A DNA stretch of 39,411 nucleotides from Acidobacteriota bacterium (GTDB taxonomy: Bacteria > Acidobacteriota > Thermoanaerobaculia > Multivoradales > UBA5704): NCBI GenBank assembly GCA_040005235.1, contig JBDTZG010000051.1, positions 1 through 39,411 on the forward strand, read 5' to 3'. Below the pieces are notes generated by a model. The model did no database searches, had not been told where the DNA came from, and saw only the letters and a program-made list of their open reading frames with translations. The translations under genes were made by a program, and so were the position numbers. Positions 9,388-19,771 of this stretch are shown here, one piece after another. How positions within the stretch are numbered: the stretch's first letter is position 1; each line of letters begins with the position of its first letter.

Positions 9388-10620
9388 TCAAGGCGTCGGA
9401 CTGCACGCCCCCAACCTGTACCGCCGGACGATCACCTTCGGCCGGTAAGGCTCCGGGGCCGTCTCAACACCGGCCACCACGACCTCGCCGGGACTTGAGA
9501 TCACGACGGGAAAGTAACCTTGGGGAAGTTCGGCGCTGACGCGGATTACCGCGCCGCAACGCGCCAGCGAGCGATCGAGCTCTACGCCGTTCACCATCCC
9601 GCCATCGAAGACGACGAGCGCCGTCCGCGCTTTTTGATCGACCGCCGCGGTGGGAATCGCCACCTGCCCGCGGGCCGCGTAGACGGTCCGCACCGGCGAA
9701 ATCTCCCGGAGGTTTTGATCGAAACGTTGCGCCTTGAGCGTGCGGTGGAGATCGGCCTCGCGGAGGGCCCAGACCCCTTCGAACCCGGATTGCGGTCCGG
9801 CGGTCAAGGCGCTCAACTCCCGCACGTCCGTGGCCACCAAAACAGGCCTGCCCATCGGTTTCCCGTCGCGCGCGTAGCGACCCAAAACGAGCTCGTTGCC
9901 CTCGCCGGAATGCGTCATCAGAGTCCAGCCGGCGACGAACCCTCCCTCGCGATCGATTACGACGTTCGGCGGGAACGTAATGCTCTCGGAAGTCGCCAAA
10001 TCGATCGACGGCGAGATCGGCGTCCCATCGACCGAAAAGGTCCGCGCGCGCAACCGGTAGGGCGGACCGACCGGACTGAGCGAGAGATTCCAGCCGATCA
10101 CGAACCCGGTGTCGCTCCCGCTCAAGCTCGGGCAACTTTCCTCCAACCGCGGCGGGTCGCCTTGGGCGTAGCGGATCGGGCTCCGCGGCGATCCGTCTTC
10201 GTTCATCACCCGATACGCGACGCGGGACCGCAGGTTGTTCAGATCCACCACACCCCAGGCGAACGCCAGCCGTCCTTGGCCGATCCGCGCGACTTGGGGG
10301 CAGAAGAGCGTCACCGGCGCACCACCCCGGGAATCGACCACGTCGAAGTCCCGTCGTTCCCGAAGATCGGCCTCCAGCTCCCGCGCGCGGATGACTTTTT
10401 GGTCCGCTTCGAGCCAGGTCACCACCACGCCTCTTCCCGCGAGCGGAGCAAGCCCGATGAACGGGTTGGCGGGCAACTCGGGAAACACCGACTCTCCCAA
10501 GGGTATGAGTCTTGCGGACACCGGCAGGGAAATCAGGAGCATGACCGCAGCACCGATACTGGTGGCCAGGGTCCGCCAACGCGTCGCTCGGGGAGATGAA
10601 ATTCGCAGACATCGGGTCAT
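9388..10620 (-). CDS. Secreted hypothetical protein with beta-strand repeats (propeller-like)
   Basis: Signal-like segment AAVMLLISLPVSA. Recurrent G-x-(F/V)VxxW units (GVVVTW, LAFAW, GFVIGW, GFVAGW, GFEGVW), several followed by R..(D)G.P. Start position uncertain. Confidence 0.65.
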   Translation of the reverse strand: MTRCLRISSPRATRWRTLATSIGAAVMLLISLPVSARLIPLGESVFPELPANPFIGLAPLAGRGVVVTWLEADQKVIRARELEADLRERRDFDVVDSRGGAPVTLFCPQVARIGQGRLAFAWGVVDLNNLRSRVAYRVMNEDGSPRSPIRYAQGDPPRLEESCPSLSGSDTGFVIGWNLSLSPVGPPYRLRARTFSVDGTPISPSIDLATSESITFPPNVVIDREGGFVAGWTLMTHSGEGNELVLGRYARDGKPMGRPVLVATDVRELSALTAGPQSGFEGVWALREADLHRTLKAQRFDQNLREISPVRTVYAARGQVAIPTAAVDQKARTALVVFDGGMVNGVELDRSLARCGAVIRVSAELPQGYFPVVISSPGEVVVAGVETAPEPYRPKVIVRRYRLGACSPTP

Positions 10621-10711
10621 AATCAGGGCCTCCTGCAGGGAACGTCTACTTCTTAGTACGGAGCCGGCGGCTTTCTTGTCGCTGGGGCACGATCTCCCCG
10701 AACGTGGGCTT

Positions 10712-10742
10712 CTCGAAGCGCTTCAGCGCTCGCCGCTCGTCG
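10712..10742 (+). repeat. Dispersed repeat copy 2 (intergenic)
   Basis: CTCGAAGCGCTTCAGCGCTCGCCGCTCGTCG, 29/31 identical to 8789-8819. Confidence 0.8.
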
Positions 10743-10748
10743 AGGCGT

Positions 10749-11171
10749 TCAGGACGGAGATATCTCCGAGAGCCAGCGGCCCACAGGAAGGACTCCACTC
10801 TCCAGAATGATCGTCAGATCCTTGTCTCGGGCCAGCAGCGCGCAGCCGTGCTCTTCGGCCAGGACCGCGATCAGGCAGTCGATGGTCGAGCGGATGGTCT
10901 CTCCCCTTTCGCGGAGGGTGCGGTAAAGCTCGGCGGATCGGAAGTAAAGGCCGATGTCCGGTGCCTCCAAATAGGTCAAGTCCCGAAATAGCTCTGCCAG
11001 CCGCCCGCGGCCCTTCGCTCTTCGCAGTCCTTGGAAGACTTCGGCGACGACGACACCACACGTGCAAACTTCGTGGTCGCTCGCCAGGAGGGAGGAGAGG
11101 GCTTGATGGGCCGGGGAGGCGTGGCCGTTGAGGAAGTCGACCCAGACCGAAGTGTCGACCAGGACTTTCAA
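10749..11171 (-). CDS. vapC: VapC-family PIN-domain toxin
   Basis: VLVDTSVWVDF, VVAEVFQG, STIDCLIA and LLARDKD motifs. Confidence 0.9.
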   Translation of the reverse strand: MKVLVDTSVWVDFLNGHASPAHQALSSLLASDHEVCTCGVVVAEVFQGLRRAKGRGRLAELFRDLTYLEAPDIGLYFRSAELYRTLRERGETIRSTIDCLIAVLAEEHGCALLARDKDLTIILESGVLPVGRWLSEISPS

Positions 11172-11371
11172 GCCAGGCGGTCTCGTTTGCGAAGGGCGTC
11201 CAAGTCACCCTCCCAGTGCATCTTGCCCTCGAACTGCAGTAACTCTTGCACGCGCCTTCGGCGCGAGTACTCCCGAAGCGCCTCGTTGATGATCTCGGTC
11301 TTCGTTCGGCCCGGTGAGACTTTCATCGCACCGCCGAGGGCTTCGTCGTCTACGTTGAGGGTGGTTCGCAT
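11168..11371 (-). CDS. vapB: VapB-family antitoxin
   Basis: MRTTLNVDDEAL...TKTEIINEALREY...WEGDLDALR. GGAGG RBS upstream and overlap with the vapC start. Confidence 0.88.
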   Translation of the reverse strand: MRTTLNVDDEALGGAMKVSPGRTKTEIINEALREYSRRRRVQELLQFEGKMHWEGDLDALRKRDRLA

Positions 11372-11385
11372 ACGCTGGCGCCTCC

Positions 11386-11417
11386 GATGCAGATAATATC
11401 CTGGCTTCGTCTGCATC
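11386..11417. promoter_or_regulatory. Inverted repeat, probable vapBC autoregulatory operator
   Basis: GATGCAGA (11386-11393) and TCTGCATC (11410-11417) form a perfect 8-bp inverted repeat immediately upstream of the vapB RBS. Confidence 0.55.
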
Positions 11418-11467
11418 AACAACTACCGAGAATCGACATCGGCAGGGAACTGGCGGCCATCGAGCGC

Positions 11468-11500
11468 GCCCTTCGACCCTCGCCGCTCGTCGGCGCGGAC
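11468..11500 (+). repeat. Dispersed repeat copy 3 (intergenic)
   Basis: GCCCTTCGACCCTCGCCGCTCGTCGGCGCGGAC, 29/33 identical to 8795-8827. Confidence 0.75.
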
Positions 11501-11505
11501 AAGCT

Positions 11506-13685
<2,180 letters not shown>

Positions 13686-13726
13686 CTCCACCTCGTCAAA
13701 TCCAACCTCAACAGGACGACCAAGAG

Positions 13727-14890
13727 ATGCCGATCTACCACTCGCTGGGTGAAATCCCCAAGAAGCGCCACACGGCGTTCCGACGCCCGGACGGCGGCCT
13801 CTACGCCGAAGAGCTGATGGGGCACGAAGGGTTCGTCGGCACCTCGTCTCTGCTCTACCACGTTCACCCGCCGACGGCGGTGCTTTCAGCCCGGAAGATC
13901 GCGCCGGTCGTATGGCAGGCGGACGAGGAGACCTCGCTCCGCCATCGCCATTTCCGCACGGCGGCGGCGAAGAAGGGCGGCAGCCCGACGCTCGATCGGA
14001 CGCCGGTCGTATTCAACGCTGAGGTCGCGATGCTGATCGCCGAGCCCGACCGGAATGACGAGGCGTTCTATCGCAACTCGCAGGGCGACGAATGCGTCTA
14101 CGTGGTGGAAGGAACCGGAGTGCTCGAATCAGCGTTCGGAACTCTCCCCGTCGGACCGGGCGATTACGTGGTGCTCCATCGCAACATCCTGCACCGCTGG
14201 CGTTTCGATTTCTCCGCCGGACCGGTGAAGCTGCTGGTGATCGAAAGCCGGGGCCACATCCGCTTTCCGAAACGGTATCGCAACAGAGTCGGCCAACTGC
14301 TCGAAGGGGCACCTTATTGCGAGCGCGACATTCGCCGGCCGAAAGAGCTGATCACCCACGACGAGAAGGGCGAGTTTCCGATCCTCGTCAAGCATAACCA
14401 GGCGCTCCACGAGCTGGTGCTCGATCATCATCCGTTCGACGTGGTCGGCTGGGACGGCTATTTCTATCCGTGGGCGTTCAACATCCACGATTTCGAGCCG
14501 ATCGTCGGCCGCATCCATCAGCCGCCGCCGGTGCATCAGACGTTCGAGGGGGACGGCTTCGTCATCTGCTCGTTCTGCCCGCGCCCGTACGATTTCGACC
14601 CCCAGGCGGTGCCCGCGCCGTACAACCACAGCAACGTCGATTCGGACGAGGTGCTGTTCTACGCGTCCGCCGAATTCATGAGCCGCAAGGGGATCGAATA
14701 CGGTTCGATCACCCACCACCCCGACGGCCTGCCGCATGGGCCTCACCCCGGTCGCGCCGAGGCGTCGATCGGCGCCAAGTGGACGAACGAGCTGGCGGTG
14801 ATGATGGATTCTTTCCGCCCGCTTCAGGTGGCGAAAGCTGCGATGGCTTTTGAAGATCCAGGCTATTTCCGCAGCTGGATCGAAAGCTGA
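13727..14890 (+). CDS. hmgA: Homogentisate 1,2-dioxygenase
   Basis: PKKRHTAFR, HPFDVVGWDG, HQPPPVHQTF, PYNHSNVDSDEV and HGPHPG motifs. Confidence 0.95.
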   Translation: MPIYHSLGEIPKKRHTAFRRPDGGLYAEELMGHEGFVGTSSLLYHVHPPTAVLSARKIAPVVWQADEETSLRHRHFRTAAAKKGGSPTLDRTPVVFNAEVAMLIAEPDRNDEAFYRNSQGDECVYVVEGTGVLESAFGTLPVGPGDYVVLHRNILHRWRFDFSAGPVKLLVIESRGHIRFPKRYRNRVGQLLEGAPYCERDIRRPKELITHDEKGEFPILVKHNQALHELVLDHHPFDVVGWDGYFYPWAFNIHDFEPIVGRIHQPPPVHQTFEGDGFVICSFCPRPYDFDPQAVPAPYNHSNVDSDEVLFYASAEFMSRKGIEYGSITHHPDGLPHGPHPGRAEASIGAKWTNELAVMMDSFRPLQVAKAAMAFEDPGYFRSWIES

Positions 14891-14907
14891 TTCAACAGCC
14901 GCGCCCG

Positions 14908-16845
14908 ATGACCGAAGGACCGATCTGGACCCCGACGCCTGAGCGGGCGGCCGCGGCGAATTTGTCGCGATTTTCGTCTCGCCATCTGCCGGGAGCCGGC
15001 ATGGCCGAGCTTTGGCGCTGGTCGGTCGATCATCCCGAGGAGTTCTGGACGGCGGTTTGGGAGTTTGGCGGCGTGATCGGGGAGGAGAACGAAGGCGAAC
15101 AGGAGGGGGGCTCCCGCTGGTTCCCTCGTGCTCGGGTGAACTACGCCGAGAACCTCCTCCGCTTCCGCGATGAACGCCCCGCCCTGATCGCCTGGAGCGA
15201 GAAAGGCCGCCAAAGCGAGCTGAGCTTCGCCGATCTCGCGAGGGAAGTCGCCCGCTATCAAGCCGCCCTCATCGCCTCCGGCGTCGCCCCGGGCGACCGG
15301 GTCGCAGGCTATTTACCCAACATCCCGGAGACCGTGATCGCCGCCCTGGCCGCCGCGTCGATCGGCGCGATCTGGACCTCGGTGAGCCCCGATTTCGGCG
15401 AGCGCGCTGTTCTCGATCGCTTCGGGAACATCCGACCGAAAGTGCTGTTCGCCGCGACCGCCACGCGCTACGCCGGCAGGATCATCGATCTCACCGAGCG
15501 GCTCTCCTCGATCGTCGCGGAGCTGCCCGAAACCGAGCGGATCGTGCTCGTGGGAGACCAATCGCCCGCCGCCGCACGGATTCCGCGCTCGGTGCCTCTC
15601 GCCGCCTGGCTCGACGCGGTCAATGCTCCCGAAGAGCCCACCTTCCTCCGCCTGCCGTTCGACCATCCGCTCTACGTCGTCTACTCGAGCGGCACCACGG
15701 GGCTGCCGAAGGGAATCGTCCATGGCGGGGGGGGCACTCTCCTCCAGCATCTCAAGGAGCTGATCCTCCATACCGATCTCCGCCGGGACGATCGAATCTT
15801 CTACTTTTCGACCTGCGGCTGGATGATGTGGAACTGGCTGATTTCGAGCCTGGCGGTCGGCGCCACGGTCGTCCTCTACGACGGCGCGCCCTTTTCGCCG
15901 CGCAACGACATCCTCTGGGAGATGGCCGAGGCGGAGCGGATCACGATCTTCGGCACCAGCGCCAAGTACCTGGCGGTCTGCGATAAAGAAAACCTCGCCC
16001 CGGGCTCCACCCGCGATCTCTCCGCTCTGCGGACGATTCTTTCGACCGGCAGCCCGCTCGCGCCCGAAAGCTACGACTACGTCTATAACCAAATCAAATC
16101 GGACGTTCATCTGGCAAGTATCAGCGGCGGCACCGATCTACTCTCCTGCTTCGCGCTCGGCGATCCGACCGGCCCGGTCTGGCGCGGCGAGCTGCAATGC
16201 CGCGGTCTGGGGATGGCGGTCGAGGTCTGGAGCCCCGAGGGCGAGAGCCTCGAAAGCGAATCGGGAGAACTGGTCTGCACCCGCCCCTTCCCGAGCATGC
16301 CGGTCGCGTTCTGGAACGATCCCGAAGGCGCCAAGTACCGCGCCGCCTATTTCGAGCATTTCCCCAACCGCGACGTCTGGCGTCACGGCGATTGGGCGCA
16401 ATTGACGGAACACGGCCCCAAGCACCGCGGCCTGACGATCGCCGGACGGAGCGACGCCACCCTCAATCCCGGCGGAGTGCGCATCGGAACCGCCGAGATC
16501 TACCGCCAGGTCGAGCGCTTGCCCGAGATCCTCGAAAGCCTCGCGGTCGGCCAGGAGTGGCAGGGGGATGTCCGCATCGTCCTGTTCGTCCGGCTGCGGC
16601 CCGGGGTGGTCCTCGACGATAGTCTCGCCGAACGAATCCGCCGCGAGATCCGCCAACACGCGAGTCCGCACCACGTGCCGAAGATCATCCTCGCGGTCCC
16701 CGATCTCCCCCGAACGATCAACGGCAAGCTCTCCGAGCTGGCGGTCCACGCTGCGATTCACGGTAGGGCCCTGGGTAACGCCGATGCCCTCGCGAACCCC
16801 GTGGTGCTCGATTACTTTCGGACCCTGCCGGAGCTGCACTCATGA
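14908..16845 (+). CDS. Acetoacetate--CoA ligase
   Basis: YSSGTTGLPK AMP-binding motif, GWMMWNW, SISGGTD, WRHGDW and GRSDATLNPGGVRIGTAEIY. Confidence 0.93.
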   Translation: MTEGPIWTPTPERAAAANLSRFSSRHLPGAGMAELWRWSVDHPEEFWTAVWEFGGVIGEENEGEQEGGSRWFPRARVNYAENLLRFRDERPALIAWSEKGRQSELSFADLAREVARYQAALIASGVAPGDRVAGYLPNIPETVIAALAAASIGAIWTSVSPDFGERAVLDRFGNIRPKVLFAATATRYAGRIIDLTERLSSIVAELPETERIVLVGDQSPAAARIPRSVPLAAWLDAVNAPEEPTFLRLPFDHPLYVVYSSGTTGLPKGIVHGGGGTLLQHLKELILHTDLRRDDRIFYFSTCGWMMWNWLISSLAVGATVVLYDGAPFSPRNDILWEMAEAERITIFGTSAKYLAVCDKENLAPGSTRDLSALRTILSTGSPLAPESYDYVYNQIKSDVHLASISGGTDLLSCFALGDPTGPVWRGELQCRGLGMAVEVWSPEGESLESESGELVCTRPFPSMPVAFWNDPEGAKYRAAYFEHFPNRDVWRHGDWAQLTEHGPKHRGLTIAGRSDATLNPGGVRIGTAEIYRQVERLPEILESLAVGQEWQGDVRIVLFVRLRPGVVLDDSLAERIRREIRQHASPHHVPKIILAVPDLPRTINGKLSELAVHAAIHGRALGNADALANPVVLDYFRTLPELHS

Positions 16846-17735
16846 CTTCCGCGATCCGAGCGCTGATGACCGGCCTGATCGACTACGCGGGGCTCTTTCC
16901 TCCCGCGGGCCTGCCAATGCGGGATGCGGTCGGCAACTTCGCCCGCTATCGCCAGTCGCCCGAATTGTGGATGCTCGGCCGCATCGTCGTCCCCGCGCGG
17001 CGCCTAATGGAATTCGGCGCGACGTTCGACGAGACGCCGGAAAAAGCTCACCAAGGGAGGTGGGACCTCTCCGTGCTGCTGACCAAGGAGACGACGGAAG
17101 AGGATCTAGCGATCGCTCAAGCCTTCGCTATGAGCCAGCCTGGGATCAACCTCGGCGCGTTCGAAACACCGGCCGACTCGATCGAAGCGATCGAGCGCCT
17201 CCGCGCCCTCGTGCCGGGGGCGCAGGAGATCTACTTCGAGCTACCGCTCCAGGCGCCAAATTTGGATCAACTCCTTCTAGCCATCGCTCGAAACGGCGCC
17301 TGCGCCAAAGTCCGAACCGGCGGCCTCGAAAAGAAATCTTTTCCCTCGCCAGACGCTTTACTCACCTTCCTCACCGCCTGCACAGAAGCCCGTGCCCCGT
17401 GGAAGGCGACCGCCGGCCTCCATCACGCGCTCCGCGGCAACGCAGCGCTCACCTACAAACCGTCAAGCCCCAGCGCCAAAATGCACGGCTTCCTGAACGT
17501 TTTTCTCGCCGCCACCGCTCTCTGGGCCGGCCGGCCGCAAAGCGAAGCGCTGGCTCTGCTTTCGGGTGAAGGTCGAGGAGATCTAAAGATCGAAGACGAC
17601 GCGATCGCCTGGCGAGGGGTGCGGTTGACCGCTTCTGAGATTGCCGAGGCGCGCAGGTCGTTTTGTCGTTCGATCGGCTCCTGCTCGTTCACCGAGCCGG
17701 TCGGAGAGATCCGTGACATCGACATCCCTTTTTGA
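16842..17735 (+). CDS. Conserved-looking hypothetical enzyme within the homogentisate operon
   Basis: 297 aa, ATGA-coupled to the upstream gene. Motif-like segments LIDYAGLFPPA, AKVRTGG, KATAGLHH, MHGFLN and GSCSFTEP. Confidence 0.8.
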   Translation: MTSAIRALMTGLIDYAGLFPPAGLPMRDAVGNFARYRQSPELWMLGRIVVPARRLMEFGATFDETPEKAHQGRWDLSVLLTKETTEEDLAIAQAFAMSQPGINLGAFETPADSIEAIERLRALVPGAQEIYFELPLQAPNLDQLLLAIARNGACAKVRTGGLEKKSFPSPDALLTFLTACTEARAPWKATAGLHHALRGNAALTYKPSSPSAKMHGFLNVFLAATALWAGRPQSEALALLSGEGRGDLKIEDDAIAWRGVRLTASEIAEARRSFCRSIGSCSFTEPVGEIRDIDIPF

Positions 17736-17747
17736 AGGAGCACTTCC

Positions 17748-19064
17748 ATGACCGAATCTCGGCTCGACGAAACTCACGATCCGGCGGCGCGGAGCTTCGT
17801 TCCTTCGGCGAACGATCCCAGCACTGATTTTCCGCTCCAGAATCTGCCGCTCGGCGTCTTCCGGGTCGAAGACGAGACGCCGCGGATCGGCGTCGCGATC
17901 GGTACCCACGTGCTCGATCTGTCCGCCGCGATCTCAGTCGGGCGGCTCAGCGTGGCTCCCGATCTTGCGAATGCCTGCTCGGGTGGGTCGCTCAATGCCC
18001 TGATGCGGCTCGGCGCCGAGCCGCGCCGCGCGCTCCGGCGCCAACTGTTCGCACTTCTGCGCTCCGACAGCCCGCTCGCCGCCGACTCCGCCATGCAGGC
18101 GCGTCTGCTCCTCCCGATCGCTCGGGTCGAGATGCTCCTCCCCGCCGAGATCGGCGACTACTCGGATTTCTACGCCTCGATCGATCACGCGACCCACGTC
18201 GGATCGATGTTCCGGCCGGACAATCCAATCCTTCCGAACTACAAATGGGTGCCGATCGGCTACCACGGCCGCGCCTCGTCGATCGTGCCGAGCGGCACCG
18301 CAATCCGTAGGCCGAGCGGACAACGCAAAGCACCGGACGCGGAGGCGCCGACCTTCGGCCCGTCGCGTCAGCTCGATTACGAGCTGGAAGTGGGTGCCTG
18401 GATCGCGACCGGTAACCCGCTCGGCGACCCGATCCCCATCGACCAAGCGGAGGACCACCTGTTCGGCCTCTCCCTCCTCGACGACTGGTCCGCCCGCGAC
18501 CTGCAAGCCTGGGAGTACCAGCCGCTCGGACCGTTCCTGGGCAAGAGCTTCGCGACCACGGTGTCGCCCTGGATCGTGACGCTCGAAGCGCTCGAACCGT
18601 TCCGCGTTCCCGCGGCGACGCGCCCAGAGGGCGACCCGGCGCCGCTCCCCCATCTCGACTCGGATCAAAACCGACAGGAAGGCGCGTTTTCGATCGCGCT
18701 CGAAGTTCACCTGCAAACCCAGGCGATGCGCGAGCAGAACCTGGCGCCGCTGCGCGTCAGTCGGACCGATTTCCGCTCCCTCTACTGGACATTTCCCCAG
18801 ATGATCGCCCACCACGCGAGCAACGGCTGCAACCTGCGCCCCGGCGATTTGCTCGGCAGCGGAACGGTCTCGGGTCCTGCTCCGGAGAATCGCGGCTGCC
18901 TGCTCGAACGGACCTGGCGGGGCAAGGAGCCGCTGGAAATGCCTTCGGGAGAGAAGCGCGCTTTTCTGGAGGCGAGCGACGAGGTGAGCTTTACCGGCCG
19001 ATGCGAGCGGGATGGGTTTGTTTCGATTGGGTTCGGGGAGTGCTCGGGGCGGGTGAATTCTTAG
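17748..19064 (+). CDS. fahA: Fumarylacetoacetase
   Basis: FPLQNLP, GDYSDFY, PIGYHGRASS, LDYELE, DWSARDLQAWEYQPLGPFLGKSF and GDLLGSGTVSG. RBS AAGGAG. Confidence 0.96.
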   Translation: MTESRLDETHDPAARSFVPSANDPSTDFPLQNLPLGVFRVEDETPRIGVAIGTHVLDLSAAISVGRLSVAPDLANACSGGSLNALMRLGAEPRRALRRQLFALLRSDSPLAADSAMQARLLLPIARVEMLLPAEIGDYSDFYASIDHATHVGSMFRPDNPILPNYKWVPIGYHGRASSIVPSGTAIRRPSGQRKAPDAEAPTFGPSRQLDYELEVGAWIATGNPLGDPIPIDQAEDHLFGLSLLDDWSARDLQAWEYQPLGPFLGKSFATTVSPWIVTLEALEPFRVPAATRPEGDPAPLPHLDSDQNRQEGAFSIALEVHLQTQAMREQNLAPLRVSRTDFRSLYWTFPQMIAHHASNGCNLRPGDLLGSGTVSGPAPENRGCLLERTWRGKEPLEMPSGEKRAFLEASDEVSFTGRCERDGFVSIGFGECSGRVNS

Positions 19065-19070
19065 GCGTCC

Positions 19071-19364
19071 CTACCTTCGGCCCGCCCAATAGGCAGGACG
19101 GCGACGCTGGTGAGCCACAGCGATGATCCGCAGCTCTTCCCGACTCAATTGGTAGATGATGCTGTAAGGGAATCGACGCAGCAAAAACCTGCGGCAAGTG
19201 CCCCGAAATATTGCCCCCGATTGTGGATTTTCGAGCAAGGAACGGGCAGCGCGTTCAAACTCCGAGACAAAAGCAAGGCCCAATTCGACATCCGCAGTGG
19301 CGGTGTAGAAGGCAGCCGCGTCCTGAAGCTCGCTCAGTGCGGCCGGTACGATGACCAGCTTCAC
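19071..19364 (-). CDS. RelE/ParE-family toxin
   Basis: GTG start overlapping the antitoxin stop. VKLVIVPAALSELQDAAAFY...RRFPYSIIY...IIAVAHQRRRPAYW. Confidence 0.88.
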   Translation of the reverse strand: MKLVIVPAALSELQDAAAFYTATADVELGLAFVSEFERAARSLLENPQSGAIFRGTCRRFLLRRFPYSIIYQLSREELRIIAVAHQRRRPAYWAGRR

Positions 19365-19579
19365 CGAAGACCAGCGCGAACCTGCGCGAGCGCCTCGGCA
19401 AGGGGGATGACTTGGACGGCGCCGCTCTCGACTTCCGCTACGCGGCGCTCCACTTCGGCGGCCCAAGCTTCTTCGATCCCCTCGTCTTGATCCAGGCTGG
19501 CGAGCAGGTGCTGGGCGAGAACCGCCCGCTCTTCCGCCGAGAGTTCCAGGGCTTGCTGTTCGAGAGTGGCGAGATCCAT
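19361..19579 (-). CDS. Addiction-module antitoxin protein
   Basis: ALELSAEERAVLAQHLLASL...AWAAEVERR. RBS AAGGAGG and a TAGAAT -10 upstream. Confidence 0.88.
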   Translation of the reverse strand: MDLATLEQQALELSAEERAVLAQHLLASLDQDEGIEEAWAAEVERRVAEVESGAVQVIPLAEALAQVRAGLR

Positions 19580-19668
19580 GGGGAGGCGCCTCCTTCAGGC
19601 TTGACGGATTCTAAACCCCCGGGGACTGGAGCGCTACGATCGGCGCCCGTGGTCGCTCGGCGCCTGAC

Positions 19669-19694
19669 GCCGGCGAGACGCCGGCGGTCCCAGG
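19669..19694 (-). repeat. REP-like palindromic element
   Basis: Minus strand reads CCTGGGACC-GCCGGCG-TCT-CGCCGGC, the same family as the elements at 26555 and 26613. Confidence 0.7.
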
Positions 19695-19771
19695 AAAGCG
19701 TCGGTGGAGGTCCGCTTGGAGCGTGGTCTAGAGGTACGATCAAGGGCCTGATTCCCTGGAGCGACTGAACT

